Of a DNA stretch of 64,000 nucleotides, positions 31,697 through 42,124 are shown one piece after another. The position numbers were made by a program, and so were the translations under genes. The stretch comes from Fusobacteriia bacterium UBA1095. GTDB taxonomy: Bacteria > Fusobacteriota > Fusobacteriia > Bac17 > UBA816. Under the pieces are notes generated by a model. It was not told the DNA's origin, did no database searches, and saw nothing but the letters and a program-made list of their open reading frames with translations. Location of the stretch: positions 3,368 to 67,367 of the forward strand of contig DCBY01000030.1 in NCBI GenBank assembly GCA_002313635.1, written 5' to 3'. Positions within the stretch are counted from its first letter, which is position 1; each line of letters begins with the position of its first letter.

Positions 31697-32503
31697 TTAT
31701 TTTAGCATAATCTCTATCTTTTCTATACACTCCTTAGCATATTTAGATGCTAAAATTCGATCTCTTGCAGAGGGAGCTCCTCCCCTTTGCATATGACCTA
31801 AGATTAATTTTCTAACCTCTCTATTATGATTTTTACTTAGTTTATCACACAAAATATCAATATCTGTAGCTCCTTCTGGTACTACTATTATGTTTGACTC
31901 TTTTAATGCTACTTTTTTTAGGGCACCTTCTATATCTTTTTCACTCAATATTGTTATATCAGGTAGTCCTGCTAAGTCACAGCTCTTAGCAATAAATTCA
32001 CTTCCGTTACCCATAACTTCTATGACAAAGTCTCTATTATGACTCCGTGCAGTTGTTTTCACATTGTCTATGCACTCTACTATCCTATTCAAAGCAGAGT
32101 CAAATCCTATGCTTTCTAAACCATCTATGTCATTATCTATGGATGCAGGGACAAAAAGCGTTTTTATATGCTTACTGAAGATTTGAGAAGCTTTTTTTGA
32201 TCCATCACCACCTAATATTATCAAGCAGTCTATCTTGTCTTCTTTCAAATTCTCTATGCATCTCTTTTGAACATCAGCTTTGAGGAAATCTTCTTTGAAT
32301 CTTGATGTTTTGATTACACTACCTCCTAGAGAAGATATTCCATCCACATCTTTTTTACTAATTGGGAATATATCCCTTTCGTATATTCCTTTTATACCTG
32401 ATTTGTAGTATACAACTTCATGGTTACAGTTCTTTACGAATGCTTCAATAAAGCTATTCATTCCTTGTGCATCACCACCACTAGTTATTACAGCTATTTT
32501 CAA
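31697..32503 (-). CDS. pfkA: ATP-dependent 6-phosphofructokinase (short, divergent)
   Basis: TSGGDAQGMN, GGDGS, SIDND, IGFDSA, LGHMQRGG; TTG start after GGAGG. Confidence 0.9.
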   Translation of the reverse strand: MKIAVITSGGDAQGMNSFIEAFVKNCNHEVVYYKSGIKGIYERDIFPISKKDVDGISSLGGSVIKTSRFKEDFLKADVQKRCIENLKEDKIDCLIILGGDGSKKASQIFSKHIKTLFVPASIDNDIDGLESIGFDSALNRIVECIDNVKTTARSHNRDFVIEVMGNGSEFIAKSCDLAGLPDITILSEKDIEGALKKVALKESNIIVVPEGATDIDILCDKLSKNHNREVRKLILGHMQRGGAPSARDRILASKYAKECIEKIEIMLK

Positions 32504-32504
32504 A

Positions 32505-33824
32505 TTAACCTCCAACTAAATTTGTCATCCATCTTTTGGAACGAAACCTAAAGATAAATATTGTTGCTGTCAATATTTCAGATAGAATTAGAACAGAGTA
32601 TATTTTTGGTATATTCCAATTAAATAGGTATTTTCCTATATATATTGAAGGAAGAGCAAATATCCAGTCTGCCGTCATAGTTACAAACATCAAAAATACG
32701 TTGTCACCACCACTGCTTAGCATCCCATTAGACATAGTTGAATTGAAAGTACGTACCGGCATAGATATTCCTAACAGTGTTAGCATTGTCACAACGTAGC
32801 CAACAGTCTCTTCATCAATGTCCAAGAACCATGTTACCTTGCTAGAAAAGAAAATAAAGCAGCTTCCTATGATTAATGAGCTAGCTAGCCCGCTCCAGAT
32901 TATGGATTTGGCATGACTATATGCAGATTCAAACTTATTTCTTCCTAATTCAGCACCAATTATCACTATTGATGCTAAACCTACTCCTGCAAAGAGATCA
33001 GATAGTATGTTCTCCATTGGAGATATAATACCGTAAGCTGCTAGCTCCTCTTCACCTAATCTACCAAATATATTATGAGAGAACATTAGTGACAGGCTAG
33101 TCAATAGTCCTGCACTTAAGAGTGGAAGAGAGACCCTAAGAAATTTGTCTATATCTTTAAAAGAGAAATCTATATCCTTAATCTTAGATATAGGAGTTAT
33201 TTTATAGTTTACTATAGCAAGCAGAATGATTATTGATAAAACTTCAGATATCACTGTTGAGATAGCTGCTCCTCTTATTCCTAATGCAGGAATACCAAAT
33301 TTTCCATATATTAATATGAAATTGAATATGAAGTTTGTAAAAAGACTAATAACACTAACTAATAGAGCTGATACAACATTTCCTGTGCTCCTTACAACAG
33401 TCATCATTGGCATGATCAATGAGAAGCTAAAGCTGGTGAATATTATAATAGAGAGATAGGACCATGAAATGAGAACTATCTCTTTGGAATCTGAAAAGCT
33501 TGATAATATAAAATCTTTGTTAGTGAAGAATATTATGCAGAAAATCATAGCAGTAGAGAAAGTTATTATGCTGTTTATTGCAAAAGTTCTACTTACTCCC
33601 TCTTTATGTCTACTTCCCCTATATTGGGATATAAGTGATCCAGAAGCAGAGCATATAGCAATTATGGACATTCTCACTATAACCATAAACTTATTAGAAG
33701 ATCCTAGAGCTGCTATGAACTCTTCTCCTAAATAAGAGACCATCAGGTTATCTATTATAAAATTCATGGATATTACAAGCTGCTGTAGTGTTACTGGAAC
33801 TAAGACAGAGAACATTTTTTTCAT
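32505..33824 (-). CDS. MATE family efflux transporter (copy 3)
   Basis: IIDNLMVSYLG, NFILIYGKFGIPALGIRGAAIST, SGGD, RFRSKRW; start at the ATGA overlap. Confidence 0.93.
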   Translation of the reverse strand: MKKMFSVLVPVTLQQLVISMNFIIDNLMVSYLGEEFIAALGSSNKFMVIVRMSIIAICSASGSLISQYRGSRHKEGVSRTFAINSIITFSTAMIFCIIFFTNKDFILSSFSDSKEIVLISWSYLSIIIFTSFSFSLIMPMMTVVRSTGNVVSALLVSVISLFTNFIFNFILIYGKFGIPALGIRGAAISTVISEVLSIIILLAIVNYKITPISKIKDIDFSFKDIDKFLRVSLPLLSAGLLTSLSLMFSHNIFGRLGEEELAAYGIISPMENILSDLFAGVGLASIVIIGAELGRNKFESAYSHAKSIIWSGLASSLIIGSCFIFFSSKVTWFLDIDEETVGYVVTMLTLLGISMPVRTFNSTMSNGMLSSGGDNVFLMFVTMTADWIFALPSIYIGKYLFNWNIPKIYSVLILSEILTATIFIFRFRSKRWMTNLVGG

Positions 33825-35131
33825 TTGACTAAATTGTTCATCCATTTTTTAGACTTAAATCTCAAAACCATAAGAGTTAAAGTAACTACCTCTGATGCAT
33901 TCATTACAGTGTAAATAACATATATGTTCCAGTTATAGAAGTGATAACCTATGTAAGATATAGGTACTATCAATCCCCAAGCTAGTAGTACAGTTAATAG
34001 AAGTATAAATGTCATGTCTCCACCTGCTCTTAATATACCGTTGTATAGTATACTGCTTGAAAGCTTTACCGCCATAAATATGCCAAGTATTCTTAATAGA
34101 ATAGCTATATTAGCTGCTTCTTCATAACTGACTGAGTATAGAGAGGCTATATTACTGGACAGTATAGCCAATCCTAATCCTGCTACTGCTCCTACCATGG
34201 TTCCTACTTTCAACATATTTAAAGAGAAAGAAAAGGCTGCTTTCTTTTTGTCTAAAGCTAGCTTTCTTCCTACAAATATTAAAGTTGAAAAGCCAAATGC
34301 TGCAAAAATATCTAATATGATAGTCTCTATAGGAATAATTGCTCCATATGCAACAAGTTCTGATTTACCTAATTTACCGAATAGATTGTGCATTATCATA
34401 GTCTGCATTGACCATACAGCATGGGAGAAAAGAATTATTAAACTTATTCTAAGATAAGATCTGAAGTCACCTAAATTAGGACGGAACGCCTCTTTAGAGA
34501 ACATTTCTCTTTGCTTCATGTATGCAGCAACTATAAGAAAGAGTAGAGCAACTATCTCAGATATCACTGTTGAGTATGCAGCACCCCTTAGTCCATAACT
34601 CTTAAAGCCCCAGTTACCAAATACCAGGATGTAACTTAAGGAAAAGTTAACCAATAAACTTAGAGCTGATGAGAGCATAGGATAGAACAGAGAGCCTAAG
34701 CTTCTTAAAGATGTAATAAGAGAGAGATATATTGACAAAGTAAAGCTAGAAAAAATAACTATGTCTATGTAACTACCTGCTGCTGATACTATATCTTCAT
34801 CAGGAGAGAATGAAGTAAGAATAAAAGATCTATTGGTAAAGTATGTAACTATAAAAAATATAGAGAATAGAACGCTTGTTACTACACTTACAGTTAAAGT
34901 TTTACCTATCTCTCCTTTTTTACTACTCTTGCTAAGCTGTGCTGAAATTACAGCATTACCAATTGAGAAGGCGACTATGCTAAACCTAATTATAAAAAGG
35001 AACCTGTTACTTGACCCTAAAGCTGCAATTGCAACAGATCCTATCTGACTAACTATTATATTATCTAATATGAAATTTACTGATGTTACAGCCTGTTGAA
35101 GTGCTATAGGCACTACATAATTTAATATCAT
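33821..35131 (-). CDS. MATE family efflux transporter (copy 2)
   Basis: ILDNIIVSQIG, GLRGAAYST, LRAGGD, RFKSKKW. Confidence 0.93.
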   Translation of the reverse strand: MILNYVVPIALQQAVTSVNFILDNIIVSQIGSVAIAALGSSNRFLFIIRFSIVAFSIGNAVISAQLSKSSKKGEIGKTLTVSVVTSVLFSIFFIVTYFTNRSFILTSFSPDEDIVSAAGSYIDIVIFSSFTLSIYLSLITSLRSLGSLFYPMLSSALSLLVNFSLSYILVFGNWGFKSYGLRGAAYSTVISEIVALLFLIVAAYMKQREMFSKEAFRPNLGDFRSYLRISLIILFSHAVWSMQTMIMHNLFGKLGKSELVAYGAIIPIETIILDIFAAFGFSTLIFVGRKLALDKKKAAFSFSLNMLKVGTMVGAVAGLGLAILSSNIASLYSVSYEEAANIAILLRILGIFMAVKLSSSILYNGILRAGGDMTFILLLTVLLAWGLIVPISYIGYHFYNWNIYVIYTVMNASEVVTLTLMVLRFKSKKWMNNLVK

Positions 35132-36468
35132 TCTTCCTCCCTTTTAGAAAGATTTTTCATCCATTTTTTAGAACGAAATCTAATTACAAACATCAATGCT
35201 AACACTATTTCCATGAAGTTGGCTACAAAGTATACTTCCACTGGCCCCCAATTGAGGTGGGTGTGTCCTATGTATAGAGAGGGCAGTGTCATGAACCAAC
35301 TTGTTATAGCTACTATCCAGAATATGAATACAGAATCACCACCACTTCTAAATGTACCATTTAAAGAGATAGAGTTAAAAACTCTTACCCAGAGAAATAT
35401 GGAGAATATTCCTATCATTGATGTAAGATACTGATGGGACATAGGTGAAATTTTATTGTAAAAAGAGGCTATAAAACCTGATGAAATGTAGCCTAAAGAA
35501 CCTATTATCCCTGCTATCAAAGCTCCTATTAAACTAATATCCTTTGCTTTTTTGTAGGCAGATTCAAAATTATTCCTACCTAGCTCTGTCCCTACCATTA
35601 TCAATACGGCACTACCAAAACCTCCAAACAGATATTGGATAGATGTTTCTACAGGGGATAAAGCACTGAATGCTGCTAATGCATCTGTGCCCATCATACC
35701 AAAAATATTATGTATTTTACTTAAGCAGGCTCCCCATAAGAAATTAGCAATTGTTAGAGGAACTGCTAAGGTTAAGTACTTCTTTACAAAACTAAATGGT
35801 ATCTTTTTCACATATTCAAAACTGGATATAACTTTGTACCCTAACAAGTCAGAGGCAATATAGCCCACAATTACTACAAAAATTTCAGATACAAGTGTAG
35901 CTATAGCAGCTCCTATCATACCCATTTTTGGAAATCCAAACTTACCGAAAATCAAAAGGTAATTTAGTGAAAAATTGGTGGCAAGCATCACAGTTGTCAA
36001 TATAAAAGGGAAGTTCACAACTCCCTTGCTTCTAAGTGATGCAATCATAGGGAATAGAATTGATAACACTATTATAGAGAAGACCCCAACGTTTAGATAT
36101 ATTCCAGCTAATCTCTGTATCTCTGGATTTTCTGAAAAAGTTATTGGGATCCACTTCCTGTTTACAAAGTAAAATATAGCAAATCCTAAGGAAAAAGTGA
36201 GGCTAAGAACAAAATTTACTACAAATGCTCTGCTTGTCCCTCTATTGTCAGCTTTTGAATGAAACTGAGATGTAAGAATAGAGTTGCCTGTCAATATACC
36301 CAAGAGTGTAATTTTAGCAATCCCTATGAATTTGTTAGCAGATCCCGCAGCTGCTAAAGCTTCATTACCAAGCTTACCTACCATATATGTATCTAAAAGT
36401 GAATTTAACGATAACATAAGATGCTGAAAGGCTATAGGAATAACTATTTTAAAAAGCTGTATTATCAT
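35128..36468 (-). CDS. MATE family efflux transporter (copy 1)
   Basis: LDTYMVGKLG, NYLLIFGKFGFPKMGMIGAAIAT, FRSGGD, RFRSKKW. Confidence 0.94.
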   Translation of the reverse strand: MIIQLFKIVIPIAFQHLMLSLNSLLDTYMVGKLGNEALAAAGSANKFIGIAKITLLGILTGNSILTSQFHSKADNRGTSRAFVVNFVLSLTFSLGFAIFYFVNRKWIPITFSENPEIQRLAGIYLNVGVFSIIVLSILFPMIASLRSKGVVNFPFILTTVMLATNFSLNYLLIFGKFGFPKMGMIGAAIATLVSEIFVVIVGYIASDLLGYKVISSFEYVKKIPFSFVKKYLTLAVPLTIANFLWGACLSKIHNIFGMMGTDALAAFSALSPVETSIQYLFGGFGSAVLIMVGTELGRNNFESAYKKAKDISLIGALIAGIIGSLGYISSGFIASFYNKISPMSHQYLTSMIGIFSIFLWVRVFNSISLNGTFRSGGDSVFIFWIVAITSWFMTLPSLYIGHTHLNWGPVEVYFVANFMEIVLALMFVIRFRSKKWMKNLSKREEE

Positions 36469-36535
36469 TTCCCCTCAATAACTGTGTTAAAATTTATAAC
36501 GTATAGTAGAAATTATAGCATACTAAAGGGATATT

Positions 36536-37402
36536 ATGAATAAAATACAGGACTTTATAAAGCATAACCAAATACTGAATAGAAGCAATAACACCATTAA
36601 AGCTTATGTTTCGGATATAAGGCAATTTGTGGATTTTATCTGTGACAAAGAGAGTGAAATGAAGAATATAACAACGCTTCATATAAGACACTATCTCTCT
36701 TACCTGTCGCTAAAGGATGTATCAAAAAAGAGTGTTGCCAGGAAGCTGTCTTCCTTGAAAAACTTTTTTGATTTTCTAGTACAAAAAGGTGAAATAAGTG
36801 TTAATCCAGCTTATATTCTTAAGTCCCCTAAGATAGGTAGATTTCTGCCATCTGTGCTTTCAGTGAAAGAGTTTACCAAGATAAGAAATATCATATTTAA
36901 AAATGATTTTGCAAGCAAAAGGGATAGAACCATTTTGGAGTTTTTATACTCTAGTGGTGTAAGATCTGAGGAGCTTCTTTCTATAAGAGATAGAGATATA
37001 GACTTGAAAAATAGGGAAGCTTTAGTTACGGGTAAAGGATCGAAAGAGAGGGTAGTATTTTTCAGTTATGAGGCTCAATCATCTCTTCTAGATTATCTAC
37101 CTTTGAAAAAAACTAAATTTCCAGAAGCTACTTTTTCATTTGTTAATAGATTTGGAACAAAACTATCTTCTAGATTTTTGAGGAAGTTAGTGAATAAGTA
37201 TGCATCACTTGCAGGTATAGAGAAAGAGGTGACACCGCACACTTTTAGACACTCTTTTGCCACCTTACTAATGGATCAAGGCGTTAGTTTGAAGATAATT
37301 CAAGAGCTACTTGGTCACTCATCTATATCTTCTACTCAAATATATACTCACATATCTAGAGAAGAGCTAAAGAGGTCCTATGACAGGTATGCAATCAAAT
37401 AA
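36536..37402 (+). CDS. xerC: Tyrosine recombinase XerC/XerD family
   Basis: S.NTIKAY, RDRTILEFLYSSGVR, GKGSKER, TPHTFRHSFAT, QELLGH, TQIYTH; C versus D assignment uncertain. Confidence 0.88.
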   Translation: MNKIQDFIKHNQILNRSNNTIKAYVSDIRQFVDFICDKESEMKNITTLHIRHYLSYLSLKDVSKKSVARKLSSLKNFFDFLVQKGEISVNPAYILKSPKIGRFLPSVLSVKEFTKIRNIIFKNDFASKRDRTILEFLYSSGVRSEELLSIRDRDIDLKNREALVTGKGSKERVVFFSYEAQSSLLDYLPLKKTKFPEATFSFVNRFGTKLSSRFLRKLVNKYASLAGIEKEVTPHTFRHSFATLLMDQGVSLKIIQELLGHSSISSTQIYTHISREELKRSYDRYAIK

Positions 37403-38573
37403 AGTTTTGAATGACTTTAAACATAATTTAAGCAAATTTAACTTGAACAGAGAGGTGGTAATCGCCTTTTCTGGAGGTTCGGACTCTAGTTTTATGCTAG
37501 ATCTATTTCTACGTTTAGGTTACAAAATTGAGCTTGCTTATGTGAATCATATGCTACGGAAAGACTCTGAGGCAGAAGAAGAGTTTGTTAAAAAAGTTGC
37601 TGAGGTTAATAATCTTACTATTCATGTGAAAAGAGTTGATGTTTCCAAGTTTGCTAAAGAGAGAAAGATTGGTATAGAAGAGGCTGCTAGAGAGGTTAGA
37701 TATGACTTTTTCAACTCTTTGAAAGGGACAATAGCTACAGCTCACAATTTGGATGATAATTTAGAAACATTTATTTTTAGACTTATAAGAGGCTCGTCTA
37801 TAAATGGATTAAGAGGTATTCCTGAAGTTAGAGATAAGTATATCAGGCCCATCCTCACCTTTAGCAAAAGAGTTATCTTAAATTATCTTCATGAATATGG
37901 CATTAAATATGTTGATGACTATTCTAATAGGACAAATGATTTTACTAGAAACAAGATAAGAAACAAAATTTTTCCACTTTTTGAAGAGATAAATTCTGGA
38001 TTTAGATCCAAAATTGCTAATTTCATGAATGACTTGAAAGAGATTGAATTGGATGAGTATAGTTCCCTTATCAAGGAGCAGGGTATGAATAGAAGAAAGA
38101 TGAATCAGATAAAAAAAATTAAAGATAGAAATGGCTCTCTCTCTCTAGACATTTCTAAGGACAGGGTTTTAAGGAAGGTATATGATGAGATATACATAGA
38201 GAACAGAAAAAATACAAAGCCTGTAGAGACTTCCATTGTCTTAGGGGGCAGTGTCGAATTTGGAGAGTGCAAGATAGACGCAGAAGTAGTAGAAAAAGTA
38301 ACAGAAGATTCTGATAGAGTTTGTCACATAGAGTATTTGGAAGGTATGAAAGTTAGGTCTAGAAAGCCTGGGGATTCTTTTTATCAAAAGGGGCTTGATG
38401 GAAGAAAGAGCCTTAAAAAATTTCTTATAGATAGAAAGGTTAACAGGTTTGTAAGGGATAACATACCTATAATAACTTATAATAACGAAATAGTATGGGT
38501 TGCTGGTTATGTAGTTTCAGAAAAATTCAGGCCTAAGGATGGTAAGATAATAAGATTGAGCTTAAGGAATTAG
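37389..38573 (+). CDS. tilS: tRNA(Ile)-lysidine synthase
   Basis: AFSGGSDS, EEAAREVRY, ATAHNLDD.LET, IRP, RNKIR, TilS_C domain. Confidence 0.95.
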   Translation: MQSNKVLNDFKHNLSKFNLNREVVIAFSGGSDSSFMLDLFLRLGYKIELAYVNHMLRKDSEAEEEFVKKVAEVNNLTIHVKRVDVSKFAKERKIGIEEAAREVRYDFFNSLKGTIATAHNLDDNLETFIFRLIRGSSINGLRGIPEVRDKYIRPILTFSKRVILNYLHEYGIKYVDDYSNRTNDFTRNKIRNKIFPLFEEINSGFRSKIANFMNDLKEIELDEYSSLIKEQGMNRRKMNQIKKIKDRNGSLSLDISKDRVLRKVYDEIYIENRKNTKPVETSIVLGGSVEFGECKIDAEVVEKVTEDSDRVCHIEYLEGMKVRSRKPGDSFYQKGLDGRKSLKKFLIDRKVNRFVRDNIPIITYNNEIVWVAGYVVSEKFRPKDGKIIRLSLRN

Positions 38574-38604
38574 CTATGATAAAATCTATCTAGGAGTTGT
38601 TATA

Positions 38605-40383
38605 ATGAAAAAAAATTTAGGAACTGTACTTTTTGTTTTATTTCTTTTAGCGGGTCTGTTTGCTCTACCCTACATTTTTGGGGATGGTGATGTGGAGGAT
38701 ATGAGTTATTCGAACTTTGTTCAATTGGTAGAAGAGGAGAAGGTAAAAGAGGTCTCAGAGCTGCCTCCATATCTGTTTGCTAAAACTAAAAATGGAGAGA
38801 GTGTTAGAGTAAAGATGCTTAGCTCAAAATTGTTAGACGATAGCTCTCTTATGGAGTCATTAAAGAGAAGCTCTGCAGATGTAAGGAGTAAAGATGTAGA
38901 GTCGCCAAATATTTTAATTTGGATATCTAGCTTCTTACCTATGATACTTATGGTACTATTCTTTGTTTTCTTATCTAGAAGAATGGGAATGGGCAAAATG
39001 CCAGGAGCTAAGCCTAGTGATATAGGTAGAATGAGTAGTAAAAAAGTGACATTTGCAGATGTTGCTGGTCTTGAAGAGGCCAAAAGAGATCTCATGGAGA
39101 TAGTAGAATTTCTTAAAAATCCTTTCAAATTTTTGAAGTTAGGAGCTAGGATACCTAAAGGTGTACTTATGTTAGGGGAGCCCGGTACCGGTAAGACATT
39201 GCTAGCTAAAGCAGTGGCGGGAGAAGCGGGAGTGCCTTTCTTCAATATATCTGGTTCTGAGTTTGTTGAGATGTTTGTCGGTGTGGGAGCATCAAGAGTA
39301 AGAGATCTATTTAACAAAGCAAAAAAGCATGCTCCTTGCATAGTATTTATAGATGAGATAGATGCGGTTGCTAGAAAAAGAGGCACAAGCCATGGCGGTG
39401 GAAATGATGAAAGAGAGCAGACATTGAACCAGCTTTTAGTTGAAATGGATGGATTTTCAGAAAATCAAAATGTCATAGTTATTGCTGCTACAAATAGAGC
39501 AGAGGTCCTAGATGAGGCAATTTTAAGACCTGGTCGTTTCGATAGGAGAGTCTCTGTAGATCCACCTACGTTCAAAGAGAGGGTAGAAATATTGTTAGTT
39601 CACTCTAGAAATAAGCCTCTCTGCCCTGATGTTAAGCTGGAGAATGTAGCTAAGAAGACATCAGGTATGGTGGGGGCTGATTTAGAAAACATACTAAATG
39701 AAGCAGCCATAATAGCAGCTAGGAAAGATTCTGATGAGATAACAAGTAAGCATATAGAAGAAGCCGTAGAGGTAGTTGTAGCAGGACCTGAGCGTAAGAG
39801 TAAGGTTATGAGTCCCGAAGAGAAAAAAGTAGTTGCTTATCATGAAGCGGGTCATGCGATAGTTGCATATATGCTTCCCAATACTAGACCTATTCACAAG
39901 ATATCTATAATTCCTAGAGGTAAATCTGCACTTGGTTATGTTATTAGATTTCCTACTGAAGATAAATTTTTATGGTCTAAGGAAGATTTTTTAAATGATA
40001 TAAGAGTCTCAATGGGAGGAAGAGTAGCTGAGGAATTAATGTTTAAAGAAATTACCTCAGGAGCACATAACGACATAGATAAGGCAACTTCTACTGCTAA
40101 AAACATGGTTGCCATTTATGGAATGTCTCAGAAAATAGGCCCTGTAGCTCTTTTTTCTGAAAGAGAGTTAGCAATGAAAAGAGGCGATACAAGGAATTTT
40201 AGTAATGAGACCTCTTTGGTTTTTGATGAAGAGGTGAAATCTATAATTTTGTCTTGTTATGAGGATGCTAAAGAGATAATAATGAATAATTTTGGTAAAT
40301 TAAAAGCAGTTGCAGAATATCTTCTTAAAGAGGAAATAATATTCGAACACGAAGTTGCCAATATTATTGAGTCAAGTGTATAA
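38605..40383 (+). CDS. ftsH: ATP-dependent zinc metalloprotease FtsH
   Basis: Two TM segments, [30 protein letters not shown]. Confidence 0.98.
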   Translation: MKKNLGTVLFVLFLLAGLFALPYIFGDGDVEDMSYSNFVQLVEEEKVKEVSELPPYLFAKTKNGESVRVKMLSSKLLDDSSLMESLKRSSADVRSKDVESPNILIWISSFLPMILMVLFFVFLSRRMGMGKMPGAKPSDIGRMSSKKVTFADVAGLEEAKRDLMEIVEFLKNPFKFLKLGARIPKGVLMLGEPGTGKTLLAKAVAGEAGVPFFNISGSEFVEMFVGVGASRVRDLFNKAKKHAPCIVFIDEIDAVARKRGTSHGGGNDEREQTLNQLLVEMDGFSENQNVIVIAATNRAEVLDEAILRPGRFDRRVSVDPPTFKERVEILLVHSRNKPLCPDVKLENVAKKTSGMVGADLENILNEAAIIAARKDSDEITSKHIEEAVEVVVAGPERKSKVMSPEEKKVVAYHEAGHAIVAYMLPNTRPIHKISIIPRGKSALGYVIRFPTEDKFLWSKEDFLNDIRVSMGGRVAEELMFKEITSGAHNDIDKATSTAKNMVAIYGMSQKIGPVALFSERELAMKRGDTRNFSNETSLVFDEEVKSIILSCYEDAKEIIMNNFGKLKAVAEYLLKEEIIFEHEVANIIESSV

Positions 40384-40410
40384 TCTTTGAAATATTTTTT
40401 CGGGAGGAAT

Positions 40411-40893
40411 ATGATGTTTAATAATAAAAAGTTACAGAGAATGGCACTACTATTTCAACCAAATGTGGTGGGTTATGCTTCATCCTTTTTGACTAGTTGT
40501 ATAGCAGTTGAAGGGTATTCAGAAATGTATTCAAGGGTAATGGAAAGAACTGTACTTGCTCCGCCTTCGTGTCTATTCCTCCCAATCTGGATTTTATTGT
40601 ATACATTGATGGGTATAGCAGCTATTAGAGTCTTCTCTTTGAGTGAGTCTACCAACAAGAGAAAGGGAATGATTTGGAATCAAATTCAGCTTTTCTTTAA
40701 TTTTTCATGGAGTATAGTATATTTTGGATTAAAAATGGTGATTTTGTCCTTTGCTAATATAGTCTTACTTTGGTTATCTATAGCTACCACGATGTACTTC
40801 TACAGAAAAATAGATAGAGTGGCTTTCTATCTTTTATTACCTTATATATTGTGGGTTAGTTTTGCCTCATATCTCAACTTTTTAGCCATATAG
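40411..40893 (+). CDS. tspO: TspO/MBR family tryptophan-rich sensory protein
   Basis: APP..F.PIWILLY.LMGIA, QL.FNF.WS..YFG, LLPYILWVSFASYLN. Confidence 0.9.
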   Translation: MMFNNKKLQRMALLFQPNVVGYASSFLTSCIAVEGYSEMYSRVMERTVLAPPSCLFLPIWILLYTLMGIAAIRVFSLSESTNKRKGMIWNQIQLFFNFSWSIVYFGLKMVILSFANIVLLWLSIATTMYFYRKIDRVAFYLLLPYILWVSFASYLNFLAI

Positions 40894-40896
40894 AGA

Positions 40897-40925
40897 TTGA
40901 CATAATTACTCAAATATATTAGAAT
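40897..40925 (+). promoter_or_regulatory. sigma70 promoter of tRNA Thr-Tyr-Thr cluster
   Basis: TTGACA-N17-TAGAAT. Confidence 0.75.
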
Positions 40926-40938
40926 TTATTGATGTTAA

Positions 40939-41015
40939 GCCACCTTAGCTCAGTTGGCCAGAGCAACTGATTTGTAATCAGTGGGTCGTCCGTTCGAATC
41001 GGACAGGTGGCTCCA
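40939..41015 (+). tRNA. tRNA-Thr(TGT)
   Basis: actga-ttTGTaa-tcagt; GTTCGAATC; CCA. Confidence 0.97.
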
Positions 41016-41101
41016 GGTGAGGTACCCAAGCGGCCAACGGGATCAGACTGTAAATCTGACGGCATCTGCCTTCGAAGGTTCGAATCCTTCCCTCACCACC
41101 A
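41016..41101 (+). tRNA. tRNA-Tyr(GTA)
   Basis: tcaga-ctGTAaa-tctga; long variable arm; CCA. Confidence 0.97.
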
Positions 41102-41107
41102 TGAAAT

Positions 41108-41183
<76 letters not shown>

Positions 41184-41201
41184 TAACAGAGAGGTGAGAA
41201 T

Positions 41202-41504
41202 ATGCAAGATTTCCAAGAGAACGTATTAAATAAGCAAGGTCTAGTTTTAGTAGATTTTTGGGCGCCCTGGTGTAGGTATTGCATACTTCTTGAACCAACC
41301 TTAAAAGAATTAGAAGATAAATTCAAAAATAATTTTTCCATATTCAAAGTAAATGTTGATGAGAAGCCTGGAGTGGCCCAAGAGTTTGGGGTTATGTCCC
41401 TTCCTACTTTGAAATTCTTTAAAAATGGTAAGGAGCTTGATATAGAGATTACTGATAGATCATTTGAAGCTCTAAGTGAAATTATAGAGAAAAATATATC
41501 CTAA
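41202..41504 (+). CDS. trxA: Thioredoxin
   Basis: LVDFWAPWCRYC, KVNVDE, VMSLPTL.FFKNG. Confidence 0.92.
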   Translation: MQDFQENVLNKQGLVLVDFWAPWCRYCILLEPTLKELEDKFKNNFSIFKVNVDEKPGVAQEFGVMSLPTLKFFKNGKELDIEITDRSFEALSEIIEKNIS

Positions 41505-41558
41505 TAGGATTTTTCTAGCTCTGTTCCCTCTTCACGTCTACCCATTTTTAATTTCTAT

Positions 41559-42065
41559 CTAATCCAAGATTACGGGATCATTAGAGAAAGCTATGTTTGC
41601 ATATTTTATTACAATCTTATCTGCTCCTATTTCTACTTTACTTTGTTCATTAAGCAGAATTGTTACTTCGAGAAGTATCTCTGAGTTTTCCTCTTTTGAC
41701 ATTTTGATTTCATAATCATTGAATAAAGTCTGAGAATATTCAAAGCTTAGGCTGTATTTTACGACATTTTCATTTCTTTCCTTCAAATAGAGTTGAGCAT
41801 TTGTTACTGATGTATTATCAGTTTGTAATGAATGATTATAGACAGCATCTTGGTTTGAGAATTTTATTGCAGGTACTGGAAATTGTAATACGTAAAATTG
41901 TTCACTTTTTGATTGTACAGGATTATTGTCTTCATCCAGGTACTCTACAACTATGTTTCTGTTTGTTAAATCTATGTATTTGTAGCCTTCAAAAGTGAAA
42001 AAATTTGCATTGACAGAACTTGCAGAAGCGCAAGAGAGTATAAATGAAAAAAGAATATAGAGCAT
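41559..42065 (-). CDS. Orphan putative lipoprotein (paralog family C)
   Basis: MLYILFSFILSC; NFFTFEGYK shared with the upstream paralog; SD AAGGAG. Confidence 0.7.
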   Translation of the reverse strand: MLYILFSFILSCASASSVNANFFTFEGYKYIDLTNRNIVVEYLDEDNNPVQSKSEQFYVLQFPVPAIKFSNQDAVYNHSLQTDNTSVTNAQLYLKERNENVVKYSLSFEYSQTLFNDYEIKMSKEENSEILLEVTILLNEQSKVEIGADKIVIKYANIAFSNDPVILD

Positions 42066-42124
42066 TTTGTCTCCTTAAATTTTTTTGTAGCTAGTTTGCA
42101 AATATACCAATGTGAATTCAATCT

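Noticed and set aside
36469..37402. Tyrosine recombinase as a mobile-element integrase, and a dif-like word (ctgtgttaaaat) upstream
   Set aside because: The protein looks like chromosomal XerC/D, is coupled to tilS, and has no att sites or cargo; the word matches only part of one dif arm
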